Source: Bacteroidales bacterium
Lineage (GTDB): Bacteria > Bacteroidota > Bacteroidia > Bacteroidales > F082
Reading direction: 5' to 3'
NCBI GenBank assembly: GCA_036568185.1
Contig: DATCTB010000490.1
Location: forward strand, 1-30,157
Length of the DNA stretch: 30,157 nucleotides
Every line of letters starts with the position of its first letter. Within the stretch, counting starts at the first letter, position 1. The notes under the pieces were generated by a model, which saw only the letters and a program-made list of their open reading frames with translations, was not told where the DNA came from and searched no databases. A program made the translations under genes and the position numbers. Shown here piece by piece: positions 17,379 through 26,812 of this stretch.

Positions 17379-18773
17379 ATGAAAAGTTTGGTTTTAACAA
17401 TTTTACTTAGCCTTGGCTTGAGCCTGACGAACGCTACTGTTGGGCAAACTGGTAAAATGACAATCCCCACATCCGAATTTAAATATGGTAACGACAGCGT
17501 AAAATGCGTCGAAGATTTGTCGCTCTACCGCGAATCTTATAAGCAATGGAAAGCAAGTAATTACACAAGCCCATCAGTTGCCCATGCTTATAAATATTGG
17601 AAAATGGTATTTGCCAATTGCCCCAGCGCAAGCGAAAATATTTATGTTGATGGTGTCAAGATGCTTGATTATTATATCAGCAAAACCAACGATCCGAAAC
17701 GGAAACAAATCCTAATTGATTCGATGATGCTGGTATATGATACCCGAATCGAACTTTTCCCATTGCATTATCAAACTGGCGAACCACAAAAAGGAGCCAT
17801 TCTTGCCCGTAAAGGTGTTGACTTGTACCAGCTCGACCCTTCTGCATATCTGCAGGTTTATGATATCTTGAAAGAATCTATTGAACTTGACAAAGCACAA
17901 ACTGCTGCCCCTGTGTATGTTTATTATTTCAGGGCTGCCACCAAAATGGCTCAAAAAGGTGAGTTAGATACCGCAACAGTAGTTGATAGTTATGACCAGA
18001 TTACTGAATATATTGAAATTAACCTGAAAAATGCAAAAGCGGTAAATAATGAAGGTGAAATTGCTGTTTACGAAAGCATACAGGGAAACATTGAAAATAC
18101 ATTTGAACCTTTCGCCACTTGCCGCGACCTGGTAAAAATTTACAAGGTAAAGTTTGACAAAACACCTAACGACGTTGAGTTGCTTAAAAAAATAACAAAA
18201 ATTCTTGACAAAAGAAGGTGCCAGGAAGAACCTTTGTATTTTGATGCAACGGTGAATTTGTACAAACTGGAACCCACACCTGAATCGGCATACCTTATCG
18301 GCAAACTCTATTTAAAGCAGCAAAGATATACTGAAGCAATTCCATACATGGAAAATGCAACCAAAATGGATGATCAGGAAAAAGTGGATGACGCTTATAT
18401 TTTCCTGGCGCAAACTTACAAAGCTTTGAATAACTTACCCAAAGCCCGCTCTATGGCACTCAAAGCCATTGAAACTAACCCTAACTGGGGCGAACCTTAT
18501 ATGTTCATTGGCGATTTATATGCCATCAGTGCGAACGATTGTGGAGATAACGACCTCACCAAAAAAGTAGCTTACTGGGCAGCTGTTGACAAATATTATA
18601 AATCGAAACAAGTAGACCCTGAACTTACCGAAGAAGCTGATAAAAGAATTCGCACATACTCAGTTTATTTCCCGCCAACCGAAGTATTGTTCTTTTACAA
18701 TTTGAACGAAGGCGATAGCTACACTGTTAACTGTTGGATAAACGAAAATACTACAGTAAGGGCAGCTAAATAG
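17379..18773 (+). CDS. Exported tetratricopeptide-repeat protein, function unknown
   Basis: Signal peptide; TPR-like helices (AYLIGKLYLKQQRYTEAIPYMENA; AYIFLAQTYKALNNLPKARSMALKAIETNPNWGEPYMFIGDLY). Confidence 0.8.
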   Translation: MKSLVLTILLSLGLSLTNATVGQTGKMTIPTSEFKYGNDSVKCVEDLSLYRESYKQWKASNYTSPSVAHAYKYWKMVFANCPSASENIYVDGVKMLDYYISKTNDPKRKQILIDSMMLVYDTRIELFPLHYQTGEPQKGAILARKGVDLYQLDPSAYLQVYDILKESIELDKAQTAAPVYVYYFRAATKMAQKGELDTATVVDSYDQITEYIEINLKNAKAVNNEGEIAVYESIQGNIENTFEPFATCRDLVKIYKVKFDKTPNDVELLKKITKILDKRRCQEEPLYFDATVNLYKLEPTPESAYLIGKLYLKQQRYTEAIPYMENATKMDDQEKVDDAYIFLAQTYKALNNLPKARSMALKAIETNPNWGEPYMFIGDLYAISANDCGDNDLTKKVAYWAAVDKYYKSKQVDPELTEEADKRIRTYSVYFPPTEVLFFYNLNEGDSYTVNCWINENTTVRAAK

Positions 18774-18793
18774 TTGTACTTTATTTCTTAAAA

Positions 18794-19354
18794 ATGTATA
18801 AAAAACTGGCAAAAAGCATCCTTTGTATTTTCATACTAGGGATGCTTTTTTCATGTGAAAATTCTATAACAACCATAAAGGAAATAACCATGGAGGACAC
18901 TTTGCCGGATCTAACTGCCTACAATATCGAATACGAACGCATTAGCGACCAGCACAGAAAAATATTACTCAAAAGCCCCTTTATTAGCAGGTACGAAGGC
19001 GAAAATCCTTATACCATCTTTCCCGATGGTTTTGAAATCACGTTTTATGATACTACGGGCAACGCAATTTCATTTATCAGTGCTAATTACGGAATCAATT
19101 TGCTGAATGAGAACATCATGCAGGCCCGCAACAATGTGGTTGTAATTAATTATGAAACAAACGAAACTTTAAATACAGAAAACCTGGTTTGGGATCAAAA
19201 CAAAAAGGAAATTTATTCCAATACATTTGTTAAGCTTTCAAGCCCCGACAGGGTTATTTATGGTGACAGCATGCGAGCGGAAGAATCGTTTGCCAGTCGC
19301 GAAATATTCAATATCAGTGCCGAACTTGAGGTTGCCGATTCACTTTCCTATTGA
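18794..19354 (+). CDS. lptC: LPS export periplasmic protein LptC (Bacteroidota type)
   Basis: Lipobox MLFSC; FPDGFEITFYD, ISANYG, ARNNVVV, LNTENLVWDQ..KEIYSNTFV; beta-jellyroll-like pattern; position in the coaX-TPR-lptC-CBS-ppiD cluster. Confidence 0.8.
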   Translation: MYKKLAKSILCIFILGMLFSCENSITTIKEITMEDTLPDLTAYNIEYERISDQHRKILLKSPFISRYEGENPYTIFPDGFEITFYDTTGNAISFISANYGINLLNENIMQARNNVVVINYETNETLNTENLVWDQNKKEIYSNTFVKLSSPDRVIYGDSMRAEESFASREIFNISAELEVADSLSY

Positions 19355-19452
19355 GTTTATAAAATGTATCTGAAACTAGCAATCAGCAAAAATCAATTTC
19401 ATCCTGAATTTTTTAGTTTATTTTTATTCTCTGATAAAAATAGAACTACTCC

Positions 19453-20724
19453 ATGAGCACACTAGGCTTATTTATTATAATCACGCTTATACTTTCCGCT
19501 TTTTTTTCAGGAGTTGAAATTGCATTTGTCAGCTCAAACCGCCTGGTTCAGGAACTCGATTTAAAAAGAAAAATTTTACCGGCAAGGCTACTGGCCGATT
19601 TTTTCAACAACCCTTCACGTTTGATTGGAGCCCTGCTTTTGGGTAACAATATTGCCCTTGTTGTTTATGGAATTGCTTTTACAAAAATTTTGGAACCCTG
19701 GCTCGAAGGCATCCTCCCACCTTCACTCGCCGACGACGAGTTTATTCTTCTGCTGTTAATCACCATTATTTCAACCCTTGTCATTCTTATTTCTGCAGAG
19801 TTTATTCCAAAAGTATTATTCAGAATAAATCCGAACACAACGCTGAAGTTTTTTGCTGTTCCCATTTGGCTGTTTTTCTATCTTTTCTATCCAATTAACA
19901 TGCTTTATATAGGTTTATCCGAATTGCTTCTGAAATATGTGTTTCGTTTCAAACTATCTTCAACCCAATATGAATTCAGTGCCATTGATTTGGAAGAATA
20001 TGTAAAAGAATACCGCTCGAATGATGAAGAAGTTGAGGAAATAAACCAGGAAATACAGATGATTCAGAACGCGATGAGTTTTAAATTTGTGAAACTTCGC
20101 GAGTGTAAAATTCCGAGAACTGAAATAAAAGCTGTTGAAATTGATGATGATATAGATACTTTGCAATCTATGTTTACGAAATTCGGCATGTCGAAAATTA
20201 TGGTTTATGAAGAAACCATTGATAACCTGATTGGTTATGTTCATGCTTCAGAATTGTTTGATAAACCTGAAACCATAAGGCAGGTGACTCGGAAAATAGA
20301 AGCATATCCCGAAACCATGACAGCCAACACATTGTTGAGCTATTTTATTCAAAACCGAAAAAATGTTGCCGTCGTTGTCGATGAGTTTGGTGGAACTTCA
20401 GGTATTGTAACCATGGAAGATATAATTGAAGAAATTTTTGGTGAAATACAGGATGAACACGACAAAGACCTTGCTGTTGAGCAGCAATTATCGGAAAAAG
20501 ATTACCTTTTTTCAACACGGCTTGAAATTGATTATATCAATGAAAAATACAAATTAAATATTCCCGAATCGGAAGAATACGGAACTCTTGCAGGTTTTAT
20601 TATTCACCACCATGAAAGTATTCCGCATATAAATGAAGAAATTCTTATCGAACCTTTTCTTTTTACAGTCACTAAATCGCATAAAAACAAGCTTGAAGAA
20701 GTCAAACTCCGGGTGATTGAGTGA
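19453..20724 (+). CDS. HlyC/CorC (CNNM/DUF21 + CBS pair + CorC_HlyC) family membrane protein, 'hemolysin family'
   Basis: LSAFFSGVEIAFVS, LLGNNIALVVYG, AEFIPK, VVVDEFGGTSGIVTMEDIIEEIFGEIQDEHD, TLAGFI. Confidence 0.92.
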   Translation: MSTLGLFIIITLILSAFFSGVEIAFVSSNRLVQELDLKRKILPARLLADFFNNPSRLIGALLLGNNIALVVYGIAFTKILEPWLEGILPPSLADDEFILLLLITIISTLVILISAEFIPKVLFRINPNTTLKFFAVPIWLFFYLFYPINMLYIGLSELLLKYVFRFKLSSTQYEFSAIDLEEYVKEYRSNDEEVEEINQEIQMIQNAMSFKFVKLRECKIPRTEIKAVEIDDDIDTLQSMFTKFGMSKIMVYEETIDNLIGYVHASELFDKPETIRQVTRKIEAYPETMTANTLLSYFIQNRKNVAVVVDEFGGTSGIVTMEDIIEEIFGEIQDEHDKDLAVEQQLSEKDYLFSTRLEIDYINEKYKLNIPESEEYGTLAGFIIHHHESIPHINEEILIEPFLFTVTKSHKNKLEEVKLRVIE

Positions 20725-20839
20725 TAGAAGTGCTATTGCTTTTTTGATGAAAATCAACTAAATACCTTGATTTTACTAGTATTTCAAACCAAGATCCTCC
20801 CCCAGAATAATAATAGGATTTTTTTTTCATACTTCCATT

Positions 20840-20855
20840 TACATTTGTACATTTG
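20840..20855 (+). promoter_or_regulatory. Tandem candidate -7 elements upstream of the ppiD-like gene
   Basis: TACATTTG repeated twice in tandem, each matching TAnnTTTG, ~35 nt upstream of ATG 20890. Confidence 0.5.
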
Positions 20856-20889
20856 CACCTCAATTTTTTTAAAAATAAATTAGAAAGAA

Positions 20890-23007
20890 ATGGCTGCAAT
20901 TGGAAGCATCAGAAAACATTCAACTTTTCTTGTAATTGTCATAGGTGTGGCATTGGCTGCATTCGTACTTGGAGATTTTACGAAAGGTTCATCGGGCCGG
21001 ATAACTGATATTGGAGACGTTGAAGGTGAGAAAATATCAATTATGGAATTCAACCAGAAGGTTGATCAGAATATTGCCGGAACCAAGCAGCAACAGGGTA
21101 AAGAAAACCTGACTCAGGAAGAAATTTTCAGACTAAAAGACGAAACCTGGAAGCAAGTGGTTCGCGGCGTGTTAATGAATAAGGAATATGAGGAAATTGG
21201 CTTGTCAGTTTCTACTGAAGAATTGTTCGATTTGGTGCAGGGCCCAAATCCTCACCCATTGATGAAACAATATTTTGTTGACCCCAACACTGGCCAATAC
21301 GACAGGAATTTGGTTATGAATTATCTGCAGAACCTGGACAAAATGGCTCCGGAAGCTAAGCAACAATGGATTCAACTTGAAGATTACATCAAGAATGACC
21401 AGATGAGAACCAAATTTAACGCATTGATGCAGAAGGGATATTACGTTCCATCACAACTTGCTGCCATGCATTACAGTGAAGAAAATGATGCTGCCAGCAT
21501 TGAATATGTCAGCGTAAAGTATTCAACCCTTAGTGATAGCCTTGTGAAGGTGTCAGATGAGGACTATAAAAAGTATTACAATAAACATAAAGAAACATAT
21601 GAGCAAAAAGCTCAGGTAGATATGGATTATGTAGCTTTTGAAGTGAAACCATCCATTAGCGATTTAGCAGCAGCCAGAAAAACCATTAATTCTGTTTATG
21701 AAGAATTTAAAACAACAAACAATATACTAAGGTTTGTGACTGTTAATTCTGACAATTCCTACGACAGCACATGGATAGTTGCGGGACAACTTCCGGTTCA
21801 GATTGATTCTTTGATGTTCAATAGCCCAGTAGGCACTGTTGCCAGACCTTACGTTGAAAACAATATATTTTATACAGCCCGTCTTGTTGATGTAGCTAGC
21901 CGGCCCGACTCTTTAAAAGCCAGCCATATTTTAATCAGTTATGCAGGTGCTTTCAGGGCGGACCCAAACATAACAAGGTTAAGAGTTGACGCACAGAAGC
22001 TTGCAGACAGTTTGTTGGCTGTTGCGATTAAATCACCAAAAAGTTTTGGAGAAATGGCAACAGAATTTTCAGATGACCCAAGTGCGCAGGCAAATGCGGG
22101 CGATTTAAATTGGTTTGCTGACGGAATGATGGTGTATGCATTTAATGAAGCTGTTGTAAATGGAAAAGTTGGCGATATTGTAATGACTGAAACACAATTT
22201 GGCATTCATATCATTCAGATTACTGGTAAAAAACCTGACGTGAAAAAGGTAAGGGTAGCCATTATTTCGCAGGAAGTAACCCCAAGCACCGAAACCATTC
22301 AGCAAACTTTTGCTTTAGCAAGTAAAATAGCTTCGGAATGTAAGACAAAGGAAGAATTTGATAATGCTATTGAAACGGATAAACTGAACAAAAGAAAAGC
22401 TGAAAAAATAGGACAGATGTCAGATTACATTCCTGGGCTAACCAATGCCAGGCAGATAATCCGCTGGGCTTTTGATGATAACACCGAAGTAAATAGGGTT
22501 TCAGAAGTTTTCGACCTGAATAATACATTTGTGGTTGCAGTAGTTACATCACGCACTGAAGACGGAATACCACCGCTTGATGCAGCTATGAAAATAAGAA
22601 TTAATGCATTTGTTACCAACGAAGTAAAAGGAGAATACCTTAAAAAGGAAATAGAAGGAATGAACAACAACTTTGACCAGATAGTTACCAGGTTAAAAGG
22701 CGTTCAGGATGAAATGAGCCCTGTTATGTTCTCTACAAGAAATATCAAAGGATATGGTACTGAAAATGAAGTAATCGGAACCATTTTTGGCCATTCTGCC
22801 GGACAACAATTTGGCCCGGTGGCTGGGCAAGGTGCTGTATTTGTTGTAAAAGTCGTTAATATTAGCAAAGCCGACCCACCAACAAACTACTCACAAACTG
22901 TAAATTCGCTTGAATCTGCATTTAGAAGCAGAGTTGACCAGGATTTTCCTTATCGTGCCTTGGAGCAGATTTCAGAAATTGAAGATAACCGGATGATTTT
23001 TTATTAA
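20890..23007 (+). CDS. ppiD: PpiD-like membrane-anchored periplasmic chaperone (SurA_N + parvulin/rotamase)
   Basis: N-terminal anchor MAAIGSIRKHSTFLVIVIGVALAAFVLGD; parvulin motifs KASHILISY, FSDDPS..NAGDLNWF, ETQFGIHII. Confidence 0.85.
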   Translation: MAAIGSIRKHSTFLVIVIGVALAAFVLGDFTKGSSGRITDIGDVEGEKISIMEFNQKVDQNIAGTKQQQGKENLTQEEIFRLKDETWKQVVRGVLMNKEYEEIGLSVSTEELFDLVQGPNPHPLMKQYFVDPNTGQYDRNLVMNYLQNLDKMAPEAKQQWIQLEDYIKNDQMRTKFNALMQKGYYVPSQLAAMHYSEENDAASIEYVSVKYSTLSDSLVKVSDEDYKKYYNKHKETYEQKAQVDMDYVAFEVKPSISDLAAARKTINSVYEEFKTTNNILRFVTVNSDNSYDSTWIVAGQLPVQIDSLMFNSPVGTVARPYVENNIFYTARLVDVASRPDSLKASHILISYAGAFRADPNITRLRVDAQKLADSLLAVAIKSPKSFGEMATEFSDDPSAQANAGDLNWFADGMMVYAFNEAVVNGKVGDIVMTETQFGIHIIQITGKKPDVKKVRVAIISQEVTPSTETIQQTFALASKIASECKTKEEFDNAIETDKLNKRKAEKIGQMSDYIPGLTNARQIIRWAFDDNTEVNRVSEVFDLNNTFVVAVVTSRTEDGIPPLDAAMKIRINAFVTNEVKGEYLKKEIEGMNNNFDQIVTRLKGVQDEMSPVMFSTRNIKGYGTENEVIGTIFGHSAGQQFGPVAGQGAVFVVKVVNISKADPPTNYSQTVNSLESAFRSRVDQDFPYRALEQISEIEDNRMIFY

Positions 23008-23032
23008 ACTTGAAAATCAAAAAATAAACACC

Positions 23033-23066
23033 AAAGCCTCTCTGAAAATTTCAGGGAGGCTTTTTT
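23033..23066 (+). terminator. Rho-independent terminator between convergent ppiD and rodA
   Basis: Stem gcctctctga (23036-23045) / tcagggaggc (23051-23060, one G-U) followed by T6. Confidence 0.85.
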
Positions 23067-23090
23067 CTTCCCTCTCCTTTTCACCGCGTT

Positions 23091-24350
23091 TTACAATACA
23101 TTCACCCGGTTCGCATCTTGTTTGATAAATACGAAAAGAAGAATGGTAAAGCCCCAAAGCGATGAACCGCCATAACTGAAAAAAGGGAGTGGAATTCCAA
23201 CCACAGGTGCCAGGCCAATAGTCATTCCAACGTTAATGGCAAAGTGAAAGAATAAAATTGAAGCCACACCATAACCATAAATTCTGCTGAATTTCGACCG
23301 CTGTCGTTCGGCAAGTTTAATCAGCCGCAAGAGCAGGGCAACAAAAAGAGCAACAACAACCGTAACTCCCAAAAAACCCCATTCCTCACCAACAGTACAA
23401 AAAATAAAATCGGTGGTTTGTTCAGGAACAAAATTATACCGTGTGAGCATACCCTGCCGGAAACCTTTCCCGGTAAATCCCCCTGATCCAATAGCAATTT
23501 TCGATTGGTTTACGTTGTAACCGGCGCCCTGTTTATCTTCTTCAATGCCCAGCATTACGTTAATGCGCTTTTTCTGGTGAGGTTCAAGAACTTTTTCAAA
23601 AGCAAAATTTACACTGAGAACAAAAAGTACAGAAAACACGAAAAAGGCAAGTAAGGTTGGGTAATTCTTTCTTATTTTTTTAAAAAAGAAAAGTAAAAAA
23701 ACTGCAATCGAAGTTAGTGCTATCAATATGCTGTACTCGCCGAACTTAAGTGTGAGCACAAACAAAGCAGCCATGGCACCTCCCAGAATAATAAAAATTC
23801 CGGACAAACCTTCACGGAAAAGTACCAGTACAAAAGCAACATAAACTATTGCAGACCCGGTATCGTTTTGTAACAAAATAAGTAAACTGGGAAGCAAAGC
23901 AATGGCAGCCGCACTAACTTTTGTCCGTAACTTCCGCATATCAATGTTTAGCATGCTTAGGTATTTGGCCAAAGCCAATGCAGTAGCAAATTTGGCGAAC
24001 TCGGCAGGTTGAATTGCAAAACTTCCAATCTCGAACCAGGATGTACTTCCGGCAACTGTTTTTCCAAATACCAAAACCATAATTAAAACTGACAGCATGA
24101 AAATATAGATGATAAACGAAAAGGCTGAAAAGAATTTGGCATCAATTGCCAGGATAATAATGATGAGTAAAACAGCCAGTCCAATCCACATCAGTTGCCT
24201 GCCATACGATTGGGAAATATCAAAAATGCTTCGCACTTCTTCTGTGGACGAAGCGGCATAAATGCTAAGCCAGCCGGCAAAAACCAAAGCGCCATAAAGC
24301 AGGATGGTTAGCCAGTCAATATGAGCAAGTATGTTTTCCCTTCTTTCCAA
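23091..24350 (-). CDS. rodA: Rod shape-determining SEDS glycosyltransferase RodA
   Basis: Multi-TM; GSTSWFEIGSFAIQPAEFAK, QNDTGSA, GYNVNQSKIAIGSGG, VPEQTTDFIF, GIPLPFFSYGGSS. TTG start. Confidence 0.95.
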   Translation of the reverse strand: MERRENILAHIDWLTILLYGALVFAGWLSIYAASSTEEVRSIFDISQSYGRQLMWIGLAVLLIIIILAIDAKFFSAFSFIIYIFMLSVLIMVLVFGKTVAGSTSWFEIGSFAIQPAEFAKFATALALAKYLSMLNIDMRKLRTKVSAAAIALLPSLLILLQNDTGSAIVYVAFVLVLFREGLSGIFIILGGAMAALFVLTLKFGEYSILIALTSIAVFLLFFFKKIRKNYPTLLAFFVFSVLFVLSVNFAFEKVLEPHQKKRINVMLGIEEDKQGAGYNVNQSKIAIGSGGFTGKGFRQGMLTRYNFVPEQTTDFIFCTVGEEWGFLGVTVVVALFVALLLRLIKLAERQRSKFSRIYGYGVASILFFHFAINVGMTIGLAPVVGIPLPFFSYGGSSLWGFTILLFVFIKQDANRVNVL

Positions 24351-24362
24351 TGGTTTAAATAT

Positions 24363-26195
24363 TTAGTCTTTCTTTTTAACTTTTACAGGGTTCTTTATCA
24401 AATCAACGCTGAGCATTCTTTCTTCCAAAGCAGTGCGTTTTGTTTTCCTGGTAAGGTATTTTTCCATCATCAAGCTGGCAATTGGTGCAGCCCATGTTGA
24501 GCCGAAACCAGAATTTTCCACAATAACCGCGATGGCAATTTTAGGATAATCCATTGGTGCAAAGGCAATAAAAATGGAATGGTCGGCGCCATGCGGGTTT
24601 TCGGCAGTTCCGGTTTTTCCGCATTGAACTATACTGTCCAATTTATAATATCGTGCTGTGCCGTGGCTTCCTTCAAACACGGTACGCATAGCTTCTCTTA
24701 CTATATCGAAATTAACCGCATCAACCGTTGTATTCATTCGTGTTTTGAATTCCTCCGGATTGGTTCCTGTTAACTCAGTTTTAATCAAGAAATGAGGCGG
24801 GTAATAAAACCCCCTGTTCGCGATAATGGCAGTAAGGTTGGCCAGTTGAATAGGCGTTAGCAGGATTTCGCCCTGCCCAATACTAAGCGATCTGATTGTG
24901 TATGCATTCCATCTTCCATTATATACTTTGTCGTAATACCCAGGTGAGGGAATATTTCCACTTACTTCGAACGGAATGTCTGTATTGAATTTTTTTCCAA
25001 AACCAAAACTTAAAATATGTTCGTACCACTGTGCGTAACCATTTTTAACATTGCCGGGTTTGTTAACAAGCGTATTGAATGTATTCCAAAAATAAGAATT
25101 GCAAGATTGCTGGATAGCTTCTTCAAGTGCCAGCGGAGTAACATGGTCGTGGGTACACCTGATTGGGCTGCTAGCTTTTCCGCGGCAAGAATAATGGGTT
25201 AAGGGAGTGATGGCATTCATCTGAAGGGCAACCAGGGCATTGACCATTTTAAAAGTTGAGCCGGGAGGGTAAGTTCCCATTATTGCCCTGTTCATTAATG
25301 GCTTCAGAGTGTCTTCCATCAATAAATTGAAATTGGCAGACCGCTCTCTTCCCACCAGCATATTCGGGTCGAAACCCGGACTGCTAACCATACAAAGTAT
25401 TTCTCCGGTTCGCGGGTCAATAGCGACAATGCTGCCAATTTTGTTTTTCATCAGTTTCTCGCCATATTTCTGCAATTCGCGGTCGATGCTCAAGGTTATG
25501 TCGCTACCCGGAATTGCCAGTGTGTCGAAAATGCCATTTTGGTATGAACCTTTTTCGCGGTTGTGGACATCCACCTCTATCACTTTCATTCCTTTTTTTC
25601 CGCGTAAATCGGCCTCATAAAATCTCTCGATGCCCGATTTTCCTTTGTAGTCGCCCAAAGCGTAATAAGCATCGCGGTCAATTTCTATTTGATTCACTTC
25701 GCCGATATTTCCCAGCAAATGACCGGCTATTGAATCGGGATACTGGCGCAATGTACGGGTTTGAATAAAAAATCCCGGAAACTGGTAGAATTTTTCCTGA
25801 ACCATTGCGAAGTTTTTCTTGGAAATCAGCTTTAAAAAAACCGAAGGCCGGTAAGTGGAATACGATCTTGCCTTTTTGAGTTTGGCCCGAAAAGCTTCAA
25901 TTTCTATATCAAACAATTTACAAAATTCGGCAGTATCCATCGCCTTTACCTGACCTGGAATTACCATCACATCGTAAGCCGCTTCGTTATACACAAGCAA
26001 TAACCCGTTGCGATCAAATATGGTTCCACGGGCAGGATATTGCGTGACATACCTCAGCACAATATTTTCTGCAGAAAGCTTGTATTTGCTGTCTATTACC
26101 TGTAAATAAAACAACCTGACAAGGTAAATTACGGCCACCAAAACAATGATTGTCGTGATGACATATTTACGCGATGAATAATCTTTTCCCAACAT
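24363..26195 (-). CDS. mrdA: Penicillin-binding protein 2
   Basis: PARGTIFDRNG, GKSGIERFYE; catalytic SxxK (GSTFK), SxN (SCN), KTG (GKTGTAEN). The start is probably ATG 26195 (MLGKDYSSRKY) rather than 26231. Confidence 0.95.
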   Translation of the reverse strand: MLGKDYSSRKYVITTIIVLVAVIYLVRLFYLQVIDSKYKLSAENIVLRYVTQYPARGTIFDRNGLLLVYNEAAYDVMVIPGQVKAMDTAEFCKLFDIEIEAFRAKLKKARSYSTYRPSVFLKLISKKNFAMVQEKFYQFPGFFIQTRTLRQYPDSIAGHLLGNIGEVNQIEIDRDAYYALGDYKGKSGIERFYEADLRGKKGMKVIEVDVHNREKGSYQNGIFDTLAIPGSDITLSIDRELQKYGEKLMKNKIGSIVAIDPRTGEILCMVSSPGFDPNMLVGRERSANFNLLMEDTLKPLMNRAIMGTYPPGSTFKMVNALVALQMNAITPLTHYSCRGKASSPIRCTHDHVTPLALEEAIQQSCNSYFWNTFNTLVNKPGNVKNGYAQWYEHILSFGFGKKFNTDIPFEVSGNIPSPGYYDKVYNGRWNAYTIRSLSIGQGEILLTPIQLANLTAIIANRGFYYPPHFLIKTELTGTNPEEFKTRMNTTVDAVNFDIVREAMRTVFEGSHGTARYYKLDSIVQCGKTGTAENPHGADHSIFIAFAPMDYPKIAIAVIVENSGFGSTWAAPIASLMMEKYLTRKTKRTALEERMLSVDLIKNPVKVKKKD

Positions 26196-26230
26196 TGAAC
26201 AGGTGTGTGAAAGCAGGTTTACAGAAGCCA

Positions 26231-26238
26231 CAAAGTTA
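26231..26238 (-). promoter_or_regulatory. Candidate -7 element for mrdA-rodA
   Basis: Minus-strand TAACTTTG, 35 nt upstream of ATG 26195. Confidence 0.5.
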
Positions 26239-26336
26239 CTATGTTTTTGGCTATGCCATCGGCTTCTTTTGGTGGCAAAAAAATATTTTTTACAAAAATT
26301 GTGATATTAAAAACGACAGTAGCCAATTAGTTTTTT

Positions 26337-26344
26337 TACTTTTG
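26337..26344 (+). promoter_or_regulatory. Candidate -7 element for the lipoprotein-M4 protease pair
   Basis: TACTTTTG, 29 nt upstream of ATG 26374. Confidence 0.5.
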
Positions 26345-26373
26345 ATTGAATTAAACCAAACAAAATTCCAACA

Positions 26374-26793
26374 ATGAAAAATTTCATTAGTTTTCTTTTC
26401 GCGGTAGCATTTCTTCTTACTTCCTGTCATTCAAGCAAAAACCTGAACAGCACTTCAGAAAAAGTTATACTTTTCGGAAATGGAGGTGGTTTTACCGGAC
26501 AGGTGATTGAATACATTTTGGACGAAAACGGAACCTTCATGAAAAATGACAAGCTTAAGTCAGAGCTTACGATTATGTCTACACTGAAGAAATCTGAAAT
26601 TAGAAAACTATTTAAAGAGCTGGAATCTATTCAGTTCGATACAATTAACTTTAAACACCCCGGAAACACATATTATTTTATCAGGAGCAATACTGACAAT
26701 ACTTCTCATGAAGTGGTTTGGGGCGAACCCGATAACCTGCCGCCAACCGGCGTTATCCAGTTGTATGATTTGTTAATATCAAAAACAAAATAA
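26374..26793 (+). CDS. Small lipoprotein of unknown function (emfourin-like motif pattern)
   Basis: Lipobox LLTSC; ILFGNGGGFTG, SEIRKLFKELESIQF, PGNTYYFI, HEVVWGE, PTGVIQLYDLL. Confidence 0.8.
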   Translation: MKNFISFLFAVAFLLTSCHSSKNLNSTSEKVILFGNGGGFTGQVIEYILDENGTFMKNDKLKSELTIMSTLKKSEIRKLFKELESIQFDTINFKHPGNTYYFIRSNTDNTSHEVVWGEPDNLPPTGVIQLYDLLISKTK

Positions 26794-26812
26794 ATTTTAA
26801 AACTTCATTACC

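Noticed and set aside
19453-20724. 'Hemolysin' as a toxin or virulence factor
   Set aside because: The domain layout is CNNM/CBS/CorC (ion homeostasis family) in a housekeeping cluster; the name is an annotation legacy.
20702-20899. 65-aa minus-strand ORF spanning the CBS-ppiD intergenic region
   Set aside because: Overlaps both flanking genes and the ppiD promoter candidates; low-complexity sequence, no motif.
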